A DNA stretch of 64,000 nucleotides. Origin: a virus. The translations under genes and the position numbers were made by a program. The stretch is from positions 1-64,000 of IMG/VR virus record IMGVR_UViG_3300032322_002195; one strand, given 5' to 3'. Below are positions 1-9,429 of the stretch, piece after piece (within the stretch, counting starts at the first letter, position 1; each line of letters opens with the position of its first letter). The notes under the pieces are model-generated. The model searched no databases, was not told the DNA's origin, and saw nothing but the letters and a program-made list of their open reading frames with translations.

Positions 1-1418
1 GTAATTAAAGTTGTATTTGATGCGGTTCCACCTGTTTGTGTCCTGTATTGGAATGTACAAGGGCTAGTTCCTGATACTGATAAACTATTTGGGTTTAATT
101 TATTAGTAATATATCCAAGTCCAAGTCCGTATAAAACACCACCTGATGTATTAAAAGTTAAACTATTACCATTTGCTGACGGATATATTCCCCCATTAAT
201 TAACCTTATGGGTGTAAATATATCTCTTAATTGAGAAACTGGAGATAAAGACGAGTCAGGTTCATTAAATGCGTTTATCAAAAATTGTCTGTTTGCATGA
301 CCGAATTTTCCAAGATATAAATTTTGTCTTCTTTGTTGTGGCGTTGGGAATGTTGTTTGTTGAGTAATTGTTAACCCACTTGTAAGTAAAATGTATGTTT
401 CTGTTGCCGATGAAACATATAAAGCGGTGTTTCCTGTTGAACCAGGATATATAATAAGTTGGATTCTTGGATTCGCAGGTTCGGTTACATTATCAATAAT
501 CCACCCATCTACAGCTCCAACATTAAATGTTGTTCCAGATGGGGTGCTAATTGATAATCCACTAAATTCGAAAATACCCGTTGAGCTATTGTTTGCGGCA
601 AGTATATTGTTTTCTTGAGTTGTAATAATGGTACCCTCAATCTCATTTAATATGGCAACTTGTAATTTTCCTGAAGCCGAATTATCTATAATGTGTCCAA
701 CTTCGCATGTTCTACCTGTAAAAGAAAGACCCGAATAAGACGCAAGACCACCTGGTACTGTCTGAGATAAATAAATTTGCTCCCCAACCGTAAACCCTGT
801 TAAATTCAAATCTCTAACAACACCAAAAGTCGTCATAAATCCATACGATGAATCTGGAATATCGTGAGTTGCAATACCTGATATTTGAAATTGTACAGAA
901 TCACCCCCTGTACCAATTGCCAAGGAAACTGTTGGTGAACTTGCTGTTGCACCTGTAATGTGAAGAGCTTGTCCGTTATTAATTTGATAACCCAAATCAT
1001 TATAAATCTTTATTAAAGATTCTTGACCTATGTTTACAGTAACATCATTATTACCTGTTATGGGTTTATAAGACAAAGCATTTTCATTACTATCAAAAAA
1101 TAACGTACCACCAGTAGGTGATGGTACCGTTGGTGACGTATTAAAGTTTATGTAATCAACATCATTTATGTTACCGACATATAAACTAGACATAGTAACA
1201 TCAGACAAAAATGTAGTTGGTCCAGTCACAGTACCACCAGTAAATGTATTTTCACCAGTTGCAAATGGAACCCAATTAACAATCCCGTCTTTGTTTAAGT
1301 ATTCAATCTTACCAATAAAATCAAAATACAATGAACCAGCTGGAGATATATGCGATGGCACACCATATCCAGTCTGTATTGGTATTGGGTTTAATTTGGT
1401 TTCACGTATTAATGACAT
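1..1418 (-). CDS. Tail-fibre-like/virion structural protein, partial (runs off the left edge)
   Basis: Absent from the ORF track, presumably because it has no stop in the window. ATG at 1418 (MSLIRETKLNPIPIQTGYGVPSH...) follows the stop of 1422..2624; G/T/S/N-rich beta-type sequence (FTGGTVTGPTTF, VTVNIGQE, GIATHDIPDSSYGFMTTFGVVRD). Confidence 0.7.
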   Translation of the reverse strand, partial: MSLIRETKLNPIPIQTGYGVPSHISPAGSLYFDFIGKIEYLNKDGIVNWVPFATGENTFTGGTVTGPTTFLSDVTMSSLYVGNINDVDYINFNTSPTVPSPTGGTLFFDSNENALSYKPITGNNDVTVNIGQESLIKIYNDLGYQINNGQALHITGATASSPTVSLAIGTGGDSVQFQISGIATHDIPDSSYGFMTTFGVVRDLNLTGFTVGEQIYLSQTVPGGLASYSGLSFTGRTCEVGHIIDNSASGKLQVAILNEIEGTIITTQENNILAANNSSTGIFEFSGLSISTPSGTTFNVGAVDGWIIDNVTEPANPRIQLIIYPGSTGNTALYVSSATETYILLTSGLTITQQTTFPTPQQRRQNLYLGKFGHANRQFLINAFNEPDSSLSPVSQLRDIFTPIRLINGGIYPSANGNSLTFNTSGGVLYGLGLGYITNKLNPNSLSVSGTSPCTFQYRTQTGGTASNTTLI

Positions 1419-1421
1419 ATA

Positions 1422-2624
1422 TTAAAAACTTTCTAAATTACTTCTTCTCCAACCACTTGCTGCTTTAACATATAAGTAATTTTCATCTATTGTTAGGTTT
1501 CCTATACTACCATTGGTATCTGTTGAACCAGATGGTGTATATGTTGGTATTGTTATACCCTTTGGTTTAAAATCATTATTTGTGGTCCAATTTCCATCCG
1601 AATCAATTATAAATTCTGCTGGTTTACCTACACCTAAAGCATGCAACACTCTAATACCACCTTCAATAGCCGTTTCTTGATTTCCACCAAAATTCAAATC
1701 TATATTATTATCTTCAGCAATAACACTTTGAGTTTCCAAGTGCGTATTTGAAACCGACACGCCACTAGTAGTTAATTCTTTTATAGCTTCAGTTAATAAA
1801 GCAACAACATCTTTATAATTTACTACTTTTAATCCATTATTATGTGTGTAAACCAGTTCTGGCACCACCTCTTCAACTTCTTGAGCAATAAACCCTATTT
1901 TTCTGTCTGAACCTCCAGCTTCTTTATCTTTCCATCTAAAATAAACACCTCGCAAATTTTTAACTTTATCTAAGGCTGAATTTATTGTTATAATATCTTC
2001 TTTTAATTGAATATCAGAAGCCGTGTTAACAACATTTCCATTTGCATCAACCCCAATATCTATAGTTGCTGGACCAGCTCCAACATTTGTTATTATTAAT
2101 TTTTCAGTTCTAGTTATTCCAGATACATCAACCCAAATAGTTCTACCACTATAATCTAGTGTCCCAGCACTATAATATGTTAAATTATTTGTATGTACGC
2201 TACCACTATACGAACCACCACTTAAGCTAATCATAGCCAATCCGACCAAATCAAAACTAATACCACTATAAGCTGTTTTATATGTATAACCATCTTGTGT
2301 AACTCCAGTTGTACTACCAGTAAAAATAGGTCCAACAAATTGCGTTGTAGCGCTAGTTGATGGTGTAATAGCTGATAAATATGGTTGACCTAAAGCCATA
2401 TTTGGGTCATACCATGTAAATATTGTTGTTCCAGAATTACCAGAAAAGGTACTTACCAAGTTTGTGTATGTTTGTGTAATACCTGTTGTTGTTAGGTCTG
2501 GACCAGTTGTTAATGCACTATAAGGCATGCCAAATTGCGTACCACCAGACAATGCAGTGAATAATTTTTCATATTGTTTTACTTGTCTATTGCTAGAAAA
2601 GTCTAATTTTGTTCTAAATGACAT
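1422..2624 (-). CDS. Tail fibre protein with peptidase S74 intramolecular chaperone domain
   Basis: SDIQLKEDI...ALDKVKNLRGVYFRWK...IGFIAQEVEEVVPELV...VNYKDVVALLTEAIKEL is the S74 signature; T/G/S-rich N-terminal part. Confidence 0.85.
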   Translation of the reverse strand: MSFRTKLDFSSNRQVKQYEKLFTALSGGTQFGMPYSALTTGPDLTTTGITQTYTNLVSTFSGNSGTTIFTWYDPNMALGQPYLSAITPSTSATTQFVGPIFTGSTTGVTQDGYTYKTAYSGISFDLVGLAMISLSGGSYSGSVHTNNLTYYSAGTLDYSGRTIWVDVSGITRTEKLIITNVGAGPATIDIGVDANGNVVNTASDIQLKEDIITINSALDKVKNLRGVYFRWKDKEAGGSDRKIGFIAQEVEEVVPELVYTHNNGLKVVNYKDVVALLTEAIKELTTSGVSVSNTHLETQSVIAEDNNIDLNFGGNQETAIEGGIRVLHALGVGKPAEFIIDSDGNWTTNNDFKPKGITIPTYTPSGSTDTNGSIGNLTIDENYLYVKAASGWRRSNLESF

Positions 2625-2641
2625 GTTTTCTTCTGTTTTAC

Positions 2642-2673
2642 TATAAATATTCTAGGGTTTGAATATATTTATA
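2642..2673. promoter_or_regulatory. Divergent pair of putative late-promoter motifs (ATATTTATA on each sense strand)
   Basis: TATAAATAT at 2642-2650 (ATATTTATA on minus) and ATATTTATA at 2665-2673, in the short gap between divergent genes; the motif recurs upstream of about 13 genes. Confidence 0.6.
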
Positions 2674-2687
2674 TGAAAAGACAAATT

Positions 2688-3188
2688 ATGGCTATAATGA
2701 CAAAAAAAGAATTTGCAGACAAAATAAATGAATTAGTCGGTGGCGATATGTTTGCTGGTGGAAATGACAGAAACCCAACAAACAACAGTGAAATTGAAAC
2801 TGGACCAGTTGTTAAAACATATGATGATGATTCTGATTACGAAAAAGGTCAAGCAACAACCAGTGATAGAGTATTTGGTAGATATAGACAAAATATCCCA
2901 TGGTTTGCTGTTTATAGTTATGGTGGAAGAAGAAGTCAGGGTGGAATTATAACGTTTGAAAGTGAAAATAAAAGTGTTATCTTAACCAAAAAAACTGTTG
3001 AAGAAAAAATTGAAGATTTAGTTAAAAAAAGCAAATCTAGTGAAGTGACCTCAAAAGATTTCAACCCAAAAGTTGCTAAAATAATGGACAGTATAAATGA
3101 TATTGATTTAACCGACAAACAACTTGAAGAACTTGAAAAAGCTATAAACGATAAAAAATTAAAAAAAGAAACAAGCAAAAAACTTTAA
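2688..3188 (+). CDS. Hypothetical protein (probable late gene)
   Basis: ORF track 2673..3188; ATG 2688 preferred because 2673 overlaps the promoter motif. Confidence 0.7.
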   Translation: MAIMTKKEFADKINELVGGDMFAGGNDRNPTNNSEIETGPVVKTYDDDSDYEKGQATTSDRVFGRYRQNIPWFAVYSYGGRRSQGGIITFESENKSVILTKKTVEEKIEDLVKKSKSSEVTSKDFNPKVAKIMDSINDIDLTDKQLEELEKAINDKKLKKETSKKL

Positions 3189-3190
3189 AA

Positions 3191-3631
3191 ATGAACTCAC
3201 AAATAAGCAAAGATATTCATAAAACAAAAGATGGTGAAGAGAAAAATCACCAAGCTTTCGCTATGGAATTGTCTAGACTTAGGAAAGCTAAAGAACTTTG
3301 TGAAACAACAAATGGATGTGAGGAATATAATAAATTGGGTGGTGAACAAAGATTTAAAGAGGTTGAAAATCTTGTTAAAACAGCAAAAGACTCTAATTAT
3401 AGAGTTAAAAAAGTTGGAATGGATGCTGGTAGAGAAAATCAATTCATTAAAACACACGAAAAAGACAGAGATAACGCAAACCCAACAAAAGTCGGTAGTG
3501 TTCCAATGGTAACCAAAGGAAGCGTAAACAGAAAAATAATGTCAAATAAAGAAGTATATAATGAAGGTTTAGAAAAAGAAATTTCTAGTATTAGATATTT
3601 AATAGAATATATGACACATAACAAAAAATAA
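3191..3631 (+). CDS. Hypothetical protein
   Basis: 146-aa ORF packed against its neighbours; C-terminal YNE followed by amphipathic EISSIRYLIEY. Confidence 0.7.
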   Translation: MNSQISKDIHKTKDGEEKNHQAFAMELSRLRKAKELCETTNGCEEYNKLGGEQRFKEVENLVKTAKDSNYRVKKVGMDAGRENQFIKTHEKDRDNANPTKVGSVPMVTKGSVNRKIMSNKEVYNEGLEKEISSIRYLIEYMTHNKK

Positions 3632-3643
3632 AATTAATAAATT

Positions 3644-4105
3644 ATGCCTACTTATCCTTATAATGGTGGTCAATCACCACTTGAAGACTACGCAATCAAT
3701 GGCAACCCATTGTATCCTGGTTCTGGTCGACTTGCACTTATTAACCAAACTGCAATCGGTACTGGTAAATATACCTTTCAAGGACCTTATAAAAACCCAC
3801 AAATAACTGGTAACGCTAACGATTCATATTCAGATACCAACACAAACGCACTTTCAGACAACCTTAGCCCTTATAATGGTAGAGGAACTGGTGATGGTGT
3901 ATCACAAGGTGTTTTTGGTGCCATCAATAACTACGCTGGTGGTAATATTGAAGATAGACTTGGTGTTCCTAGTATACCAGGTTCTGGTCGTAACCCACAA
4001 ATTACATTAAACGCTGCTACATGGGGTTATGGTCCTAGCCAAATTTCTGGTAATAATTACGTTTCACCTAACACGTCATTAAACATTGGACAAGTTGTAA
4101 TATAA
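3644..4105 (+). CDS. Hypothetical G/N/P-rich protein, possibly structural
   Basis: 153 aa; PGSGR and NPQIT each occur twice. Confidence 0.7.
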   Translation: MPTYPYNGGQSPLEDYAINGNPLYPGSGRLALINQTAIGTGKYTFQGPYKNPQITGNANDSYSDTNTNALSDNLSPYNGRGTGDGVSQGVFGAINNYAGGNIEDRLGVPSIPGSGRNPQITLNAATWGYGPSQISGNNYVSPNTSLNIGQVVI

Positions 4106-4112
4106 TTTAGAA

Positions 4113-4559
4113 ATGAAACTTTACAATCTATATGAGGAAATTATATTAGAAGAAATTAATAGAAACCGACAACTTATAACTGAAGGGGTTTCTATTGAGG
4201 ATGTAAAAGCCGCTATAGATGGTAGATATAACGTTAATATCTTATATAGAGACTTTGAAGATGCACCGCCAAGCAAAAGGTATATTCAAGTTTATAACTT
4301 GTCAAAAACCAAAGCTGGTAATGATGCAATTAGAGCGTTTCAAATTTTTGGAGGTTCTAAAAAAGGAGAAAAAAATGGATTCTGGAAAATTTTTAGATTA
4401 GACAGAATCGAAGGATGGTACCCAACAAAGGTTAAATGGACAAAAGCTGTTTCTGATGTTGAACCTTCAGTACCAAAATATAACACAACGGGTGACAGAA
4501 GCATGTCACAAGTTTCATATAAGGTTAATTTAATAAGACCACCACAAGAAACAGTATAG
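4113..4559 (+). CDS. Stand-alone WYL-like domain protein
   Basis: VNILY...KRYIQVYNL...IRAFQ...WKIFRLDRI matches the WYL pattern; no HTH present. Confidence 0.7.
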   Translation: MKLYNLYEEIILEEINRNRQLITEGVSIEDVKAAIDGRYNVNILYRDFEDAPPSKRYIQVYNLSKTKAGNDAIRAFQIFGGSKKGEKNGFWKIFRLDRIEGWYPTKVKWTKAVSDVEPSVPKYNTTGDRSMSQVSYKVNLIRPPQETV

Positions 4560-4560
4560 T

Positions 4561-5190
4561 ATGGAAACACCAGCACCAGTAGACCTAAGTAAATTAAAAG
4601 CTATCTTGGGTAATGCTAAAAAAGTAATGAAAGCGGTTGAAGAAAAATCACCGACAAAAAAATCTAATGATTCTGTTAATGAATCATACTCTAATAGTTA
4701 TTCAGAATCATCAACACCTATTTATAGTGAGGCTGATGAAAGGGAACCAAATTACGGAATTGATTATAGCCAATATACAACTGAAGCTCCATCACAAGGT
4801 ATTCAGCATAGAGATTACACTGAAGAAGATGTTATGAACTCAAAATTGCCTCCTATAATAAAGGAAGCTATGCTTAAAAATCCAATCCCTAAAGCAAGTA
4901 TGTCTTTTTCTAAATTTAGTTTAGAAGGATTAGAAGATTTGATTGAAAAACCTGTTAAAAAACCAGTCCAACAATTTAAATCACCTGGTGTTCCGTTAAG
5001 GGAATCAGCTGGTGGTGATAATACGCAACAAATGATAACTATTAGTTTACCAGAACTAAACAAATTAATAGAAAACAAAGTAAATGAAATGTTAGCTAAG
5101 CAATTTGTTAAAATGATATCTGAACAATCAATCAAGAAGACAATAAACACCTTGATTAGTGAAGGTAAATTACCAAACAAGAAAAAATAA
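4561..5190 (+). CDS. Hypothetical protein
   Basis: 209-aa ORF, last gene before a terminator. Confidence 0.75.
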   Translation: METPAPVDLSKLKAILGNAKKVMKAVEEKSPTKKSNDSVNESYSNSYSESSTPIYSEADEREPNYGIDYSQYTTEAPSQGIQHRDYTEEDVMNSKLPPIIKEAMLKNPIPKASMSFSKFSLEGLEDLIEKPVKKPVQQFKSPGVPLRESAGGDNTQQMITISLPELNKLIENKVNEMLAKQFVKMISEQSIKKTINTLISEGKLPNKKK

Positions 5191-5198
5191 AAAAAATT

Positions 5199-5222
5199 GG
5201 GGCTATGAGCCCCTTTTTTATT
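5199..5222 (+). terminator. Intrinsic terminator
   Basis: GGGGCT-ATG-AGCCCC hairpin followed by a T-tract. Confidence 0.7.
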
Positions 5223-5267
5223 TACTAATTTTTTAAAACACATATATTGGTGTTCTAAACAAAAAAT

Positions 5268-7664
5268 ATGAAAAACAAAAAAATTAAAATACTAGTTGTT
5301 CCATCAGACCGTACTGGGGTTAGCTATTTTCGTTCTACAAATCCACACCTAGCGTTAGAAAATAATTATCCAGATGAATTTCATGTAGATATTGATTATG
5401 AACCACAGTTAAATAATGATGAGTGGTTAAAACAATACGATATTATTCACTACCATAGAACACTTGGACCATATGAAAATATGGAAATGTTAAATAAAAG
5501 ACTAGAAAAACTAGGGATTGTATCAATTATGGATATTGATGATTATTGGGCCCCAGGTTCACATCACCCAGCATATTTTATTATAAAAAACGCTAAATTA
5601 GATGAAAAAATAAAGGATAACGTAAGGTTTGCCAATTATGTAACAACCACAACCGATATTTTTGCTGAAGAAATTAGAAAATTTAACAAAAATGTTTACG
5701 TTTTGCCAAATGCTATTGACCCAACTGAGACTCAATTTGTTCCTAAATTAGAAAAATCTGATAAAATTAGAATTGGCTGGCTAGGTGGAAGTTGTATGAC
5801 TCCAGACACTGAAATTTTAACCAACGAAGGTTGGAAAAGATTTGATATGTTAGACCAAACTGAAACTGTTGCGACATTAAACCCTAACACAAATGAATTA
5901 GAGTATCATAAACCAACTGGGTATATATGTGAACCATTTGATGGTGAATTAAACTGTGCTAAAAATGGTTTGGTTGAATATGAAGTTACACCAAATCATA
6001 ACATGTATGCTTCACTTTCTAAATCACTAACACATAAAAAATTAAATCTAGAATTAATACAATCTGAAAAAATACATGGTAAAAATTTTCACATAAAAAA
6101 AGACGCTGTATGGGTTGGAAAAGAAGAAGAATATTTTATCTTACCAATGTTAAATGAATACGCTGAATTAGAAGAAAATGAAAGCTATATTGATAAATTA
6201 ATTTCTAAAAAACGTTACAATATGTTATCAGAAAAATATGGTTCAGATAGATATATCAATATGGATGATTGGTTAGAATTTTTTGGTTTTTGGATGGCTG
6301 AAGGTTGGACTAGTAAAACAAAAGGTTTACATCAAGTAGGTTTTGCACAAACAAAGGATAACGGATATCTATCATATATGTATGAATTATTGATTAAAAT
6401 GGGGTTCAATCCAACATATACTAAAGATAAAAAACAGATTAGAGTTTTTGATAAACAATTATGGAATTATTTATCAAATTTTGGTTACGCTAATGATAAA
6501 TTTATACCTAAAGAAGTTTTAAACTTATCACAAAGACAGTTAACAATTTTTTTAGAATGGTTCATTAAAGGTGATGGTCATGTTGAAAATAATAAATATA
6601 CTAGAACTAGAGCATTTACTTGTTCGCCATCATTAGCAGATAACTTACAAGAAATTGCGTTAAAAATTGGTATTTCAGCCACAATAACGAATAAAGGAAA
6701 AAGAACTACTAAAATTAAAAGCAGAGCGATTAAATCACAATATGATGCACTGGTTGTTAATTTTACTAAACATCCTAGTGTTAGTAAACACAATAAAAAC
6801 AATCCATTAATAAAAAAAGATGACCAATATAATAGATACTATAAAGGTAATGTTTATTGTGTTGAAGTTCAAAATCATATTATTTATGTTAGAAGAAATG
6901 GTAAAGCCATGTGGATTGGTAATTCGCACTTAAAAGATTTAGAAATTTTAAATGGTGTTGTTAACAAACTACAAAATGATGGATTGTTAAATAAAGTACA
7001 GTTTGTGCTTTGTGGATTTGATACAAGAGGTTCACATACGGAGATAGACCAAAAAACTGGTCAACAAAAAGTAAGACCAATCACACCAATGGAAAGTGTT
7101 TGGTATCAATATGAAAAGATTTTTACAAATAACTATAGTATTGTTAGCCCTGAATACAAAGACTTTTTGATGAAATTCACTCAAGAAGAATTCCCTAATA
7201 TTCAAAATGAATCTTATCGTAGAGTTTGGACCAAACATATTTCAACATATGCTACCAATTATAATTTGTTTGATATTTCATTGGCACCGCTAGCTGAGAA
7301 TACTTTCAATAAAGTAAAAAGCCAGCTAAAAGTTATTGAAGCTGGGTTCCATAAGAAAGCTTTAATAGCTCAAAATTTTGGTCCTTATCAAATAGACCTT
7401 AAAAATGCTGTTAAATTTGGTGGTGGTTTTGATGAAACTGCAAATTCTATTCTTGTGGACACCAATAAAAACCATAAAGATTGGTATGATTCAATTAAAA
7501 AACTTGTTAAAAATCCAGAAATAATAACCGTTTTACAAGAAAATTTACATAATACTGTTAAAGACACTTACTCTTTAAATAAAGTAACTGAAAGCAGAAG
7601 AGAGTTATATTTTACTCTTGTTGCAAAAATAAAAGAAAATAAATTACAACCATTAACCATTTAA
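5268..7664 (+). CDS. GT-B (GT4-like) glycosyltransferase with intein
   Basis: Motifs DIDDYW, VYVLPNAID, DISLAPL...FNKVKSQLKVIEAG; exteins rejoin as RIGWLGGS/SHLKDL. Confidence 0.85.
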   Translation: MKNKKIKILVVPSDRTGVSYFRSTNPHLALENNYPDEFHVDIDYEPQLNNDEWLKQYDIIHYHRTLGPYENMEMLNKRLEKLGIVSIMDIDDYWAPGSHHPAYFIIKNAKLDEKIKDNVRFANYVTTTTDIFAEEIRKFNKNVYVLPNAIDPTETQFVPKLEKSDKIRIGWLGGSCMTPDTEILTNEGWKRFDMLDQTETVATLNPNTNELEYHKPTGYICEPFDGELNCAKNGLVEYEVTPNHNMYASLSKSLTHKKLNLELIQSEKIHGKNFHIKKDAVWVGKEEEYFILPMLNEYAELEENESYIDKLISKKRYNMLSEKYGSDRYINMDDWLEFFGFWMAEGWTSKTKGLHQVGFAQTKDNGYLSYMYELLIKMGFNPTYTKDKKQIRVFDKQLWNYLSNFGYANDKFIPKEVLNLSQRQLTIFLEWFIKGDGHVENNKYTRTRAFTCSPSLADNLQEIALKIGISATITNKGKRTTKIKSRAIKSQYDALVVNFTKHPSVSKHNKNNPLIKKDDQYNRYYKGNVYCVEVQNHIIYVRRNGKAMWIGNSHLKDLEILNGVVNKLQNDGLLNKVQFVLCGFDTRGSHTEIDQKTGQQKVRPITPMESVWYQYEKIFTNNYSIVSPEYKDFLMKFTQEEFPNIQNESYRRVWTKHISTYATNYNLFDISLAPLAENTFNKVKSQLKVIEAGFHKKALIAQNFGPYQIDLKNAVKFGGGFDETANSILVDTNKNHKDWYDSIKKLVKNPEIITVLQENLHNTVKDTYSLNKVTESRRELYFTLVAKIKENKLQPLTI
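5793..6923 (+). mobile_element. Intein (377 aa) with LAGLIDADG-type homing endonuclease domain
   Basis: Starts CMTPDTEILTNEGWK; block B VTPNHNMY; endonuclease motifs FFGFWMAEG and FLEWFIKGDG; ends YCVEVQNHIIYVRRNGKAMWIGN followed by Ser+1. Confidence 0.9.
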
Positions 7665-7665
7665 T

Positions 7666-8037
7666 ATGAACAGACAGCAAGATGTTATTATGTTATTCGA
7701 TTTTTTAATCGAATTATTAAAAGAAAGAAACACCGTAGTTGAAGCTAAACAAGAAACCACAATCAGCACACCAGAAACAAACACACAAGTTGAAGAAACA
7801 ACTGATAATTTCGGTGCGTCACACATTTTGGAACTTATGAGAAAAGTTGATTCAATATCTAAACAAAAAGCTCAAATACAATCCGAATTAAAAGAACAAG
7901 AAAAAAGCTTTGATAAAGAAATCAAAAGACTTAAAGAAGAACACGAAAAAAAAATAAAAGATATGGAATCCGTTTTGAACACTGATTTAGACACACCCCA
8001 AAATAATATTGTGGGTTTTGAATTAGAAAAAGATTAA
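7666..8037 (+). CDS. Hypothetical coiled-coil protein
   Basis: 123-aa E/K-rich ORF. Confidence 0.65.
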   Translation: MNRQQDVIMLFDFLIELLKERNTVVEAKQETTISTPETNTQVEETTDNFGASHILELMRKVDSISKQKAQIQSELKEQEKSFDKEIKRLKEEHEKKIKDMESVLNTDLDTPQNNIVGFELEKD

Positions 8038-8042
8038 ACCAC

Positions 8043-8073
8043 TTGCTAGTTTGAAAAGAATTTTGTATCTTTG
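8043..8073 (+). promoter_or_regulatory. Bacteroidota-type promoter (-7 box TATCTTTG)
   Basis: TAnnTTTG at 8066-8073 with TTG about 20 nt upstream, in the gap before 8107. Confidence 0.6.
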
Positions 8074-8106
8074 TAAAAAATAACAATTCTTTTAAACTAG
8101 TAAGAA

Positions 8107-8676
8107 ATGTCTTTAGACCAAGCAAAAATTATTGCCAATACAAAAAAATATTTTGAAACGGCAACCAAAAACGGTTTCATGAACGATGAACTTATGTCTT
8201 TTTTAGGTGAAGATTTCATCAAGGCTCCAGCATCAAGTATGGCAGATTACCATAACGCCTTTGAAGGTGGTTTGATTGACCATTTATTAAAAGTGGCTTC
8301 TTATGCTGTAAAAATAAACAATACATTACCAGATGATGAAAAGGTTGACCAAACTTCATTATTAAAAGTATGTTTTCTTCATGGTATAGGTAAAGCCAAG
8401 CTGTACAAACCATGTACGTCAGAATGGCATCGCAAAAACCAAGGTAAAATGTATGAATTTAACGATGACTTGGTGTCTATGCGTGTTGGTGAACGTAGTG
8501 CTTACTACATTTTATCACATGGAATAAAACTTACGGAAGAAGAATATTCAGCTATTTTGTTTTTTGACAAAGTTGACGATAGAATGTCTGATTACCATAA
8601 CTCTATGGTTGGTGAATTACTTAAAATGGGTAATATTTTGGCAATAAAAAACGCACAAAAAAATAGAAATGTATGA
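8107..8676 (+). CDS. HD-superfamily (YhaM-like) protein with HD replaced by HG
   Basis: APAS...YHNAFEGGLIDH...LKVCFLHGIGK. Confidence 0.7.
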   Translation: MSLDQAKIIANTKKYFETATKNGFMNDELMSFLGEDFIKAPASSMADYHNAFEGGLIDHLLKVASYAVKINNTLPDDEKVDQTSLLKVCFLHGIGKAKLYKPCTSEWHRKNQGKMYEFNDDLVSMRVGERSAYYILSHGIKLTEEEYSAILFFDKVDDRMSDYHNSMVGELLKMGNILAIKNAQKNRNV

Positions 8677-9263
8677 TACAAGAACTATACGATAAAATGA
8701 AAGAAAGACTTCTTCAAGTATCAGACCCAAATGATGCGTATTCTTATGAAGATTTTGAAAAAGAATTTTCAAATATCGATTATACCAAATCGAGTGAAAA
8801 CCCTGACTTCTTTAAAGTAAAACTTGGATTTTCAAACAAATCTACAAACCCAGACCCAGAATATGCGACTGCTGGTTCATCTGGTTTTGATTTTAGAGCT
8901 AATTTAACAGAACCAATGGTTTTAAAAGTTGGTAAAAGAGCGATGGTGCCAACTGGGTTGTTTTTTGAATTGCCAGAAAACTTTGAAATCCAAGTTCGTC
9001 CTCGTAGCGGTTTGGCCGCAAAGAATGGAGTTACAGTATTGAACACACCAGGTACCGTTGACTCTGATTATCGTGGTGAGATTAAAATCATCCTAATTAA
9101 TTTAGGTGACGAAGATTTTATTATAAATCATGGTGACAGAATAGCCCAAGGTGTGTTAGCTTCAGTAACTGCCAAAAATGTTGTTAAACTGGAAAAGCTT
9201 GAAGATATAACATTAAATACTGAACGTGGTTCAGGTGGTTTTGGAAGTACTGGGAAAAATTAA
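8673..9263 (+). CDS. dut: Trimeric dUTPase
   Basis: Motifs SGFDF, RPRSGLA, GTVDSDYRGEI, GDRIAQ, RGSGGFGSTG. Confidence 0.95.
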   Translation: MIQELYDKMKERLLQVSDPNDAYSYEDFEKEFSNIDYTKSSENPDFFKVKLGFSNKSTNPDPEYATAGSSGFDFRANLTEPMVLKVGKRAMVPTGLFFELPENFEIQVRPRSGLAAKNGVTVLNTPGTVDSDYRGEIKIILINLGDEDFIINHGDRIAQGVLASVTAKNVVKLEKLEDITLNTERGSGGFGSTGKN

Positions 9264-9264
9264 A

Positions 9265-9429
9265 ATGCAAAACGATAGAAAAGAAAAAATTGAAAAGCGT
9301 ATTAAATGGTTAGTAGTCGAATTAACCCAAGAAGTTTATTTGGATGGATATAGCATCATCAAATACAAAGAAGAATTAAACAAACTATTAATAGAACTAG
9401 AAACAATACGAAGCAAAGAAAATGATTGA
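9265..9429 (+). CDS. Small hypothetical protein
   Basis: ORF track 9226..9429; ATG at 9265 directly follows the dut stop. Confidence 0.5.
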   Translation: MQNDRKEKIEKRIKWLVVELTQEVYLDGYSIIKYKEELNKLLIELETIRSKEND

